Assembly (NCBI GenBank): GCA_017403145.1
Contig: JAFQOO010000005.1
Coordinates: 174,008-238,007 of the forward strand
Length of the DNA stretch: 64,000 nt
Direction: 5' to 3'
From: Clostridia bacterium
GTDB lineage: Bacteria; Bacillota; Clostridia; Christensenellales; DTU072
Part shown: positions 9,716 through 17,599 of the stretch, piece by piece
How the letters are laid out: each line of letters opens with the position of its first letter
Numbering within the stretch: the stretch's first letter is position 1
Program-made: the position numbers and the translations under genes
Notes under the pieces: model-generated
Databases searched by the model: none
What the model saw: only the letters and a program-made list of their open reading frames with translations
Told to the model about the DNA's origin: nothing

Positions 9716-10714
9716 CTATATCCTTTCAAAACTTACTGCGTGAGCAATGCCGGGTATACTCTCCCCTTGTAGGTTACTTGTTTTAGAAACCAATGCACCC
9801 GTCGGAACCAAAAGTACGCGATTTAGTTCGCCACACACAAGCTTTTTGTATACGAAACTATTGAATACCGAGCTTGAACACCCGGCGCCACTTCCCCCTT
9901 GACCAACGTCTTGTCCCATTCGATTAAATATTAAAATTCCGCAATCGCTATAATTATCTTTTAACCTTACTCCTTTTTCTTCCATAAGTAAAATCAGTAG
10001 CCTGTGCCCCGCTTCTCCCAAGTCTCCCGTGAGTATAAGGTCGTAGTAATCGGGTTCTCTAGAAGTTGCTTCAAAATGTGAAAGCAAGGTTTCTCTTGCT
10101 GAGGGTGCCATCGCCGCTCCCATATCGTTAGCATCGGTTACGCCATAATCAATAACTCTTCCTATGGTTGCGCAATCGATTTTAACTTTACCATTCTCTC
10201 TATTTAGTAGCGTTGCTCCTACGCCCGTACAAGTCCATTGAGCAAGCGGTGTTCTTTGGTTTCCAAGCTCTAAAGGAAATCTATACTGCCTTTCCGCGGT
10301 TGAAAAATGGCTAGAAGTTGAGCAAATTATTCTTTTAAAATTACCGCTATCTAACAAATTTGCTCCTATGATTAAGCTTTCAGCAAAGGTAGCACAAGCG
10401 TTATAGACACCCATAAACGGAATATCAAGCTCACGCATCGTAAAGTTACATCCGCTAATTTCGTCCATCAAATCACCCATCAAGCATAGGTCGATATCAC
10501 CATCTTTATATCCTGACTTGTTTAACAAATATTTTATAGTCGAAACGTGTAGCTTGGTTTCTGCTTTTTCGTAGCTTTTTTGACCAAGTAAATCGTCTTT
10601 AACGAACTTGTCGAAGTATCTACCTATTGGACCTTCGTGCTCTTTAGGTCCAACAATAGTTGCAGTATTTTCAATTTTTATATCGTTTTTAAAGAAAATG
10701 GTTTGATTTTGCAT
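9716..10714 (-). CDS. spoVAD: Stage V sporulation protein AD
   Basis: VGPKEHEGP, SSHFSTAERQYRFPLE, GGSGAGCS, ESIPGIAHAV. Confidence 0.97.
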   Translation of the reverse strand: MQNQTIFFKNDIKIENTATIVGPKEHEGPIGRYFDKFVKDDLLGQKSYEKAETKLHVSTIKYLLNKSGYKDGDIDLCLMGDLMDEISGCNFTMRELDIPFMGVYNACATFAESLIIGANLLDSGNFKRIICSTSSHFSTAERQYRFPLELGNQRTPLAQWTCTGVGATLLNRENGKVKIDCATIGRVIDYGVTDANDMGAAMAPSARETLLSHFEATSREPDYYDLILTGDLGEAGHRLLILLMEEKGVRLKDNYSDCGILIFNRMGQDVGQGGSGAGCSSSVFNSFVYKKLVCGELNRVLLVPTGALVSKTSNLQGESIPGIAHAVSFERI

Positions 10715-11172
10715 TATACGAATGCTCCTTTGAATATCAAAACAATTATTCCAACTACAATAGAAGAGGTTATTCCAAATACGATAACGGGACCAGCGAC
10801 ACTAAACATATTTGAGCATAATCCTAGGACGACACCCTCTCTTTTATGTTCGATTGCAGGGCTTGCAACGCTATTGGCAAAACCTGTTATAGGCACGATT
10901 GAACCAGCCCCGGCATAAGCACCAATCTTATCGTATATTCCAAGTCCGGTTAAGCAAACGGTTATGGTAATCAAGGTTAAAGTAACTAAGGTAGATATAT
11001 CCTCTTCGGGCATTTTGCTACCTAAAAAGTGGGTATATAGGTCGTTAAATCCTTGCCCTATACAACAAATTAAACCGCCCACCCAAAATGCACGGAACAT
11101 CGTTTTCAAATGATGAGATTTCGGCATTTTCTTTTTGACTAATTCAAGGTATTCTTTATTAGGCTCGTTCAT
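10714..11172 (-). CDS. spoVAC: Stage V sporulation protein AC
   Basis: AFWVGGLICCIGQ, AGAGSIVPITGFANS, AGPVIVFG. Confidence 0.97.
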   Translation of the reverse strand: MNEPNKEYLELVKKKMPKSHHLKTMFRAFWVGGLICCIGQGFNDLYTHFLGSKMPEEDISTLVTLTLITITVCLTGLGIYDKIGAYAGAGSIVPITGFANSVASPAIEHKREGVVLGLCSNMFSVAGPVIVFGITSSIVVGIIVLIFKGAFV

Positions 11173-11242
11173 CGTGTTCCTCCAAGCTGTTTTTTATAAT
11201 TGGTGAATAGGTTTCTTCTTTTTCGATTATTTCTTCGCGCAT
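11159..11242 (-). CDS. Putative 27-aa acidic small ORF preceding spoVAC
   Basis: MREEIIEKEETYSPIIKNSLEEHDERA*; SD aaagggga 7 nt upstream; overlaps spoVAC start. Confidence 0.4.
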   Translation of the reverse strand: MREEIIEKEETYSPIIKNSLEEHDERA

Positions 11243-11294
11243 AAAAAAATCCCCTTTACGGAGATTTTTAACGAAATATCGAATATTATACTTC

Positions 11295-12014
11295 TCAATC
11301 TACTTTTAAACTATCGCGCATCTTTTTTAGAATTTTGGCTTCGAGTCTGGATACTTGTACTTGGCTTACTCCCAGCTCCTCTGCCACTTGGGTTTGCGTT
11401 CTATCCCTAAAGTACCTCAAAATTATAATCTTTTTATCGCGTTCGGGTAGATTTGTAATGATATCCTTTAAAATCAATTTATCAAGCTCGTCGTCTAGGT
11501 TTTCGTTTGTTGCGATTTTATCAGCTAGTTGCAAACCCTCTTCCTCCGCTTCTTGATATATTGAAACGGGATATCTTGTGGAATCCAATATAAAGACTAG
11601 TTCACTTGGTTCAAGATTAAATTTGTTTGCCAAATGCTCGATTGACGGACTTTCTCCGCTACTCGCTCGATATTCGTCGATATATTTATTGATTTCCAGT
11701 GCCTGTGCCTTTGTGGAACGACTTACCTTGATTGCACCATCGTCGCGTATAAATCTTTTTATTTCTCCCGCTATCATAGGAACTGCATAAGTGGAAAATT
11801 TTACGCCAAAATCTAGGTTAAAGTTGTTTATTGCCTTGATTAACCCAAGTGTTCCAAGCTGAATCAAGTCCTCGTAATCTACGAGTTTATTTTTGTAACG
11901 ACGCACTATACTCTTTATTAAAGGTAAATTTTCGCTAATTAGTCTTTCCTTTGAAAAGTCGTCGCCTTGTTTTGCGCGTTCAATCAATTGTAGGGTTTCT
12001 TCTCCACCTAACAT
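11295..12014 (-). CDS. sigF: RNA polymerase sporulation sigma factor F
   Basis: FSTYAVPMIAGEIKRFIRDDG, SQVQVSRLE; downstream of spoIIAB. Confidence 0.95.
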   Translation of the reverse strand: MLGGEETLQLIERAKQGDDFSKERLISENLPLIKSIVRRYKNKLVDYEDLIQLGTLGLIKAINNFNLDFGVKFSTYAVPMIAGEIKRFIRDDGAIKVSRSTKAQALEINKYIDEYRASSGESPSIEHLANKFNLEPSELVFILDSTRYPVSIYQEAEEEGLQLADKIATNENLDDELDKLILKDIITNLPERDKKIIILRYFRDRTQTQVAEELGVSQVQVSRLEAKILKKMRDSLKVD

Positions 12015-12433
12015 TATCCCACCAAACGTTTACTCATTTTAACCGAGGTGCCTTCCCCCAAAATGGAGCTAACTTCTAAAGTATCCATAAAGCTTTGCAT
12101 TATCGTGAATCCTAGACCAGACCTTTCTTCATCGGCTTTGGTAGTATAAAAATCTTGTAGAGCCTGTTCTACGTTAGATATACCTTTACCGTAATCACTA
12201 ATGGTTACGTATAATACGTTATCTTCGATTTTAGCACTAAGGTCGATTATTCCTTTTATGTCGCCACTATATCCGTGTACAATGGCGTTTGTTACCGCTT
12301 CGCTTATAGCTGTTTTAATATCGGAAATAGTTTCTATAGATGGATTCGTCCTTGTACAATATGCCCCTACCGTACTTCTTAAAAAGCTTTCGTTTGCACT
12401 TAGTGCGTTTACTTTAATATTTAAAATATCCAT
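12014..12433 (-). CDS. spoIIAB: Anti-sigma F factor
   Basis: KTAISEAVTNAIVHGY, ERSGLGFTIM. Confidence 0.97.
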   Translation of the reverse strand: MDILNIKVNALSANESFLRSTVGAYCTRTNPSIETISDIKTAISEAVTNAIVHGYSGDIKGIIDLSAKIEDNVLYVTISDYGKGISNVEQALQDFYTTKADEERSGLGFTIMQSFMDTLEVSSILGEGTSVKMSKRLVG

Positions 12434-12443
12434 TTTGACTCCT

Positions 12444-12746
12444 TTAGATTTTGGTAATAATCGTATATAGACCGCTCACTTTTAACACTTTATCCGCTTC
12501 GCGAGAAGGATTATGGAAATAGACGGGTATGCCCAACTTTTTGAGAATTTTATATCTACCAATCAAAAAACCCACAGCAGTTGAATCCATAAAAGTAATA
12601 CCGCTTAGGTCAAAAATAAACCTGTTGAAACCTCCGTGGTTTATCAAGCTATCGGTACCAATTCTAAATTTTGGTGCATTCGAGTGGTCTATTTCACCAC
12701 TCATTTTTAAAGTAAGAGTTCCATTTTTAATATCGTGATTTAACAT
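12444..12746 (-). CDS. spoIIAA: Anti-sigma F antagonist
   Basis: GEIDH, FMDS, GRYK STAS motifs. Confidence 0.96.
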   Translation of the reverse strand: MLNHDIKNGTLTLKMSGEIDHSNAPKFRIGTDSLINHGGFNRFIFDLSGITFMDSTAVGFLIGRYKILKKLGIPVYFHNPSREADKVLKVSGLYTIITKI

Positions 12747-12928
12747 AATTCACCTTCCGTTTTGCAAATTATAAGGCTGGTAAAGAGTAATATTTTAAAT
12801 TTTTTTTAACAAAAATAGCTTAATATGTAGAAAACGATTAAATTTTTTATAATCGGTAAAAAAACATTCACAAAATATACACAAATAGGTTATACTATAT
12901 ATGTAGCATTATGTGATTAGGAGCTTTT

Positions 12929-14251
12929 ATGAATAAAAATAGAAAAATATTTTCCATCATATTTATTGTGGTATTGGTACTAGCTTGTACTCTTAGTTTG
13001 ACAGCTTGTCTAACTTTTGAACCATTAGATGAAATAGAAGACGATGGTAATATATCTAACTCAAACACAGATAATAGCAACATTCCTACAGATAATAATG
13101 GGAATAGTTACGACGTTACAACCCAAGTCGGTACCCCTTCTAATACCGCGACCTCGCTTACAGAGGTAGTTTCCGCAATACAAAAATCCGTAGTAATAAT
13201 AAACACCGACGTTGGAGCTGGTTCAGGTGTTATATATGGTAAAGTAAATGGCGAAAACGCATCTATGATTGTTACTTGTTGCCACGTTATCGATGGTGCA
13301 AGTCAAATAAAAGTTACCATAAACGACGGTGATACCGATAGCGAAAACGACGTTATTTTAGATGCTACGTTAGTAGGTATGGATGATGAAAGCGACCTTG
13401 CTGTTCTAAAAATTAGCGGTACCGATTATAACTACGTTGAGCTTCGTAACACCGAAGAAGCCCCTATTATTCTTGCTGAGCAAGCAATTGCTATAGGTAA
13501 CCCTCTTGGTGCAGGTATCAGCGTTACGGTTGGTCATATCAGTGGTATTTCTAAAACAATAAATATGGATGGCTTCAAAATGACACTACTCCAAACCGAT
13601 GCCGCTGTAAATAGTGGTAACTCCGGTGGCGCATTATTTGATGCAGAGGGATACTTGATTGGTATTGTTAATGCAAAATCTATAGGCGAATCCGTTGAAG
13701 GTATGGGATATGCAATACCGGTATATGACGTAATCAATATTTGTAATTCTTTTATTAAAACTACAGGCAATGCAAGATACAACGGACTAGGCTACATTGA
13801 GGGTAAAATTAGACTTGGCGTTAGTGTTTTGACTTGTGAAAGAGCCTATCTATCCAATTCTAAGAACACCATTTATATAAATAATTCTCAATATTTACCC
13901 GCAAATAATAATCTTTACTACTGCGTTTCTTCCATTAACGAATATGGTAGCGTTGCTATAAGTGATACTAATAAACAAATATATGCTTCTACTACTGCAA
14001 ACTTGCTTTTTATCACCGCGGTAACCTATCCCGAAAATGGTCAAAACGTTAAAAAATATTTTAATAGTGATTTTGAACTAACCAATTTCCTAAAAAATGC
14101 AAACGTAGGTGATAACGTAACCTTGCATATGTTAGAACAAGTAGAAACGGTATCAGGTAGTATTTTTACCGGGTACACCTCAACTTATGCTTATAGAGAG
14201 TTTAACGTTAACGTAACCCTACAACAATACGTTTATGGTTATAAAGGTTAA
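12929..14251 (+). CDS. HtrA/DegP-like S1C serine protease, lipoprotein
   Basis: Lipobox LTAC; triad TCCHV, SDLAV, GNSGG; diverged PDZ-like C-terminus. Confidence 0.9.
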   Translation: MNKNRKIFSIIFIVVLVLACTLSLTACLTFEPLDEIEDDGNISNSNTDNSNIPTDNNGNSYDVTTQVGTPSNTATSLTEVVSAIQKSVVIINTDVGAGSGVIYGKVNGENASMIVTCCHVIDGASQIKVTINDGDTDSENDVILDATLVGMDDESDLAVLKISGTDYNYVELRNTEEAPIILAEQAIAIGNPLGAGISVTVGHISGISKTINMDGFKMTLLQTDAAVNSGNSGGALFDAEGYLIGIVNAKSIGESVEGMGYAIPVYDVINICNSFIKTTGNARYNGLGYIEGKIRLGVSVLTCERAYLSNSKNTIYINNSQYLPANNNLYYCVSSINEYGSVAISDTNKQIYASTTANLLFITAVTYPENGQNVKKYFNSDFELTNFLKNANVGDNVTLHMLEQVETVSGSIFTGYTSTYAYREFNVNVTLQQYVYGYKG

Positions 14252-14265
14252 TAATTTTTAACAAG

Positions 14266-14300
14266 AAATAACCCACTCAATCGAGTGGGTTTATTTTTTA
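14266..14300. terminator. Bidirectional terminator
   Basis: aacccactc-aatc-gagtgggtt with T-run. Confidence 0.75.
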
Positions 14301-14311
14301 TTTAGGTTAAT

Positions 14312-14845
14312 TTATCTATTATATTTTTCGAATTTCATATAATTTCTTTCGAATTTTCTAAGCTTTCTTTCCATTTGTCTTCTATTTTTAATTCTAATGA
14401 CAAGAGCAAATATTCCTAGAAGTAATCCAATAATACCAACTACAAGAATACCTCCGAAGGTATAGTTAAGAATATAACTAAGAGTCAAATCCTTTGCCTT
14501 TATTATTACGAAAAAAGCAATTAAGACAGCACTTAGGACCGCAAGAAGCAATGCCCTAAAGCCACCCTTTTGATTAGATAATGCTTTAGGTAAGCTTGCA
14601 CTCCATAACAAGCCGAAAAACGATAAAACAGCACCGATTATCAAGAAGGCATCTAACCTTAGGAAAACCTTGCTTACAACAAATTCAAGCTCGGAAAAAT
14701 CTATAAGATGCTCTAGAAAGGATAGATAATTTATCGCCAAAAAACCTATAAATGCTAAAAAGGCTATACCGTAAGCGAGGGTAGATAAAGTAACCAAACC
14801 CTTTGTAAAAGCATTTATTCGATTGTATTCATATCTTTTAGCCAT
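14312..14845 (-). CDS. Hypothetical 4-TM membrane protein
   Basis: Four hydrophobic segments and a basic C-tail; TTGACA-16-TATAAT 6 nt upstream of ATG. Confidence 0.7.
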   Translation of the reverse strand: MAKRYEYNRINAFTKGLVTLSTLAYGIAFLAFIGFLAINYLSFLEHLIDFSELEFVVSKVFLRLDAFLIIGAVLSFFGLLWSASLPKALSNQKGGFRALLLAVLSAVLIAFFVIIKAKDLTLSYILNYTFGGILVVGIIGLLLGIFALVIRIKNRRQMERKLRKFERNYMKFEKYNR

Positions 14846-14923
14846 ATTTCTATTATACTAAATGAAGTAAAAATGTCAATACGTTCTATTTATTTCAATA
14901 GCCATATTTTGCTCCTATAATTT

Positions 14924-16624
14924 TTAGTTATCTATCCATTTTTCCATGCCACAAGAGTAACACCTATCAGATAACAGTTCTTCGTATTTAATGCTACTAT
15001 ATAATCTGAACCCACCTACAAAGTTATAGGCATCAAAGCCGTTTTGCATCAAAATCCGTGTTGCAAGATAGCTACGAAGTCCGCTTTGGCACATCACATA
15101 TATTTTTTTGGTTTTATCAAGCTCTCCTAAGCGCTCCCTTAAATCGTCAAGCGGAATATTTATAAATCCTTCAGCCCGACCTCTCATATATTCCAATGGA
15201 GTTCTAGTATCAAGTAAAATCACGTCCTCTTTTTCACTCAATGAGGGAATATCTTCATAATAAAACTGCTTTACTATACCGTTTTTGATATTTTCAGCAA
15301 CGAAGCCTGCCATATTCACGGGGTCTTTGGCGGAAGAATAAGGTGGAGCGTATGCCATATCCAAATCTTTCAGTTCGTCTGCCCTCAAGCCTGTGCGAAT
15401 TGCCGTAGCAATAACGTCAATACGCTTGTCAACACCATCGTAACCGACTATTTGTGCTCCTAAAATCTTAAAACTTTCTTTTTCAAAAATCAGTTTTATA
15501 GTCATTGCCGTAGCATTAGGGTAATATCCGGCATGCGAGTTTTGGGTTAAAATAACCTTTTCGTAGTTATATCCAATTGATTTGGCTTGCTGTTCGTTAA
15601 TACCCGTCGTTGCCACTGTCATATCAAAGAGTTTTATAACGGACGAGCCCTGTGAGCCTTTATATTCACTGTTTAGCCCACAAATATTATCGGCAGCGAT
15701 ACGTCCCTGTTTATTTGCCGGGCCTGCTAAGGGAATTACCACGTCTTGCATAGTAATGTAATGTTTTACTTGAACAGCATCTCCCACAGCGTAGATATCG
15801 GGAACAGATGTTTCCATTTTGCTATTTACTTTAATTGCCCCTTTCAAGCCGAGTTCCAGTCCTGCTTTTTTTGCAAGTGTATTTTCGGGAGAGACGCCAA
15901 TCGCAATCACGACCATATCGGTGAAGATTTGCTTTCCGTTAGATAGCTCAAGCAATATTTTGTTGTCTATCATACTCATTTTTTCCGTGATGTTATTAAG
16001 CAATAATTGTACACCACGTGAACGGAAGCTTGCGTGAATGAAGGACGCCATATCACAGTCAATAGTCGGCAAAAGATGATTGCTACGTTGAATGATGGTC
16101 GTTTGTACCCCAAGCTCAGAAAGGTTTTCCGCCATTTCAATACCAATAAACCCACCACCTATAACAACTGCTGTTTTAGGTTGATTTTGCTCGATAAACC
16201 CACGTATCTTCAGCGTATCCTCTACTGTTCGGAGCGTAAATGTTCTTTCGTTTTCAGTATAGAAATCGGGCAAAATGGGCTTTGCTCCGGGAGATAGTAT
16301 CAGTTTGTCATAGCTTTCTATAAAGCTAGTTTCTGTTTTTATATTTGTTACTGATACCGTTTTATTTATTGTGTCTATATTTGTGACCTCGTGTTCTATA
16401 TGGGCTTTTATTCTAAAGCGTCGATAAAAACCCTCTGGCGTTTGCAGTGTCAAATTATCTTTATCTTCAATAACTCCACCGATATAATACGGCAAACCAC
16501 AATTTGCGTATGAAATATAACCTGAGCGTTCAAAAATGATGATTTCCGCATTTTCATCTAATCTTCTTATTCTTGCCGCTGCAGTTGCTCCGCCAGCGAC
16601 ACCACCAATAATTACGACTTTCAT
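14924..16624 (-). CDS. CoA-disulfide/persulfide reductase with C-terminal rhodanese domain (NADH oxidase family)
   Basis: GGVAGG, SYANCGLP redox Cys, GGGFIG, YAPPYS, rhodanese CQSGLRS. Confidence 0.93.
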   Translation of the reverse strand: MKVVIIGGVAGGATAAARIRRLDENAEIIIFERSGYISYANCGLPYYIGGVIEDKDNLTLQTPEGFYRRFRIKAHIEHEVTNIDTINKTVSVTNIKTETSFIESYDKLILSPGAKPILPDFYTENERTFTLRTVEDTLKIRGFIEQNQPKTAVVIGGGFIGIEMAENLSELGVQTTIIQRSNHLLPTIDCDMASFIHASFRSRGVQLLLNNITEKMSMIDNKILLELSNGKQIFTDMVVIAIGVSPENTLAKKAGLELGLKGAIKVNSKMETSVPDIYAVGDAVQVKHYITMQDVVIPLAGPANKQGRIAADNICGLNSEYKGSQGSSVIKLFDMTVATTGINEQQAKSIGYNYEKVILTQNSHAGYYPNATAMTIKLIFEKESFKILGAQIVGYDGVDKRIDVIATAIRTGLRADELKDLDMAYAPPYSSAKDPVNMAGFVAENIKNGIVKQFYYEDIPSLSEKEDVILLDTRTPLEYMRGRAEGFINIPLDDLRERLGELDKTKKIYVMCQSGLRSYLATRILMQNGFDAYNFVGGFRLYSSIKYEELLSDRCYSCGMEKWIDN

Positions 16625-16759
16625 AGGCTCTCCTTTTATTACTTTAATAAATCAAACCACACATCTATTATTTATCTTTTGGTTAATTATAGCACAAAAA
16701 ACACATTTATTCAATAAACAATATTAGCAAGTTTTACAACGAAAATCTTTTATGCAAAG

Positions 16760-16795
16760 AAAAAAAGGTTTGAAACGATTGTATCAAACCTTTAC
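16760..16795 (-). terminator. Terminator of tRNA operon
   Basis: aaaggtttga...tcaaaccttt followed by T-run on minus strand. Confidence 0.7.
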
Positions 16796-16803
16796 TTTTC
16801 TTA

Positions 16804-16888
16804 TGGTGGGCAGGGGTGGATTCGAACCACCGAAGGAACTTCCGGCAGATTTACAGTCTGCTCCATTTGGCCACTCTGGAACCTACCC
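16804..16888 (-). tRNA. tRNA-Tyr(GTA)
   Basis: Cloverleaf; anticodon arm gcaga-ctgtaaa-tctgc; long variable arm; CCA. Confidence 0.95.
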
Positions 16889-16918
16889 ATATATTCAATT
16901 TATATTTTAACTCAATTT

Positions 16919-16994
16919 TGGAGCCGGCTATCGGAATCGAACCAACAACCTGCTGATTACAAATCAGCTGCTCTGCCAGTTGAGCTAAGCCGGC
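16919..16994 (-). tRNA. tRNA-Thr(TGT)
   Basis: gccggct acceptor; ctgat-ttgtaa-tcag; CCA. Confidence 0.95.
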
Positions 16995-17001
16995 ATTGTA
17001 T

Positions 17002-17077
17002 TGGTGCCTCGGGGCGGACTTGAACCACCGACACGGGGATTTTCAGTCCCCTGCTCTACCAACTGAGCTACCGAGGC
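17002..17077 (-). tRNA. tRNA-Phe(GAA)
   Basis: gggga-ctgaaaa-tcccc; CCA. Confidence 0.96.
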
Positions 17078-17084
17078 AAAAAAT

Positions 17085-17161
17085 TGGCGATCCGGAAGGG
17101 ACTCGAACCCTCGACCTCTAGCGTGACAGGCTAGCGTTCTAACCATCTGAACTACCGGACC
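17085..17161 (-). tRNA. tRNA-Asp(GTC)
   Basis: ctagc-ctgtcac-gctag; CCA. Confidence 0.96.
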
Positions 17162-17182
17162 GCAAAAATTGCATATATTGTG

Positions 17183-17259
17183 TGGTGGGCCTTCACGGAC
17201 TCGAACCGCGGACCAATCGGTTATGAGCCGACCGCTCTAACCAACTGAGCTAAAGGCCC
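17183..17259 (-). tRNA. tRNA-Ile2(CAT, lysidine-modified)
   Basis: gggcctttagctcagttggttagagc...ggctcataaccg resembles Firmicute tRNA-Ile2 rather than Met. Confidence 0.85.
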
Positions 17260-17285
17260 ACACAGGATATTCATTTGTAAGTTGC

Positions 17286-17362
17286 TGGTCGGGGTGAAGG
17301 GATTTGAACCCCCGACTTTCTGCTCCCAAAGCAGACGCGCTACCAAGCTGCGCCACACCCCG
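17286..17362 (-). tRNA. tRNA-Pro(TGG)
   Basis: cggggtg acceptor; tctgc-tttggga-gcaga; CCA. Confidence 0.96.
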
Positions 17363-17389
17363 AACTTCACGTCAGCAGTGTATCTCAAC

Positions 17390-17429
17390 CGCGCCTTAAT
17401 AATATACAATATATAAAAGTGGTTGTCAA
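17390..17429 (-). promoter_or_regulatory. Stable-RNA promoter of tRNA operon
   Basis: TTGACA-17-TATATT followed by GC-rich ggcgcgg. Confidence 0.75.
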
Positions 17430-17520
17430 CAAATTTATTAACTTTTTTTAGAAAATTTTTGATTAGTTTATGCCCTATCATTTTTATATATAAAGTTGGA
17501 GGATAATATAAAAATTAATA

Positions 17521-17549
17521 TTGCAAAATCCTTATATATATATTATTAT
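17521..17549 (+). promoter_or_regulatory. Putative promoter of P-type ATPase with TA repeat in spacer
   Basis: TTGCAA-17-TATTAT; spacer contains (TA)5. Confidence 0.45.
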
Positions 17550-17599
17550 ATATATGTATGAATATTTATATTCATTAATTATAAGGAAGATACGGATTG

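Noticed and set aside
17183-17259. tRNA-Met call for the CAT anticodon
   Set aside because: Body resembles tRNA-Ile2 and lacks initiator features
17221-17481. 86-aa ORF in track
   Set aside because: Overlaps tRNA-Pro, tRNA-Ile2 and their promoter; spurious
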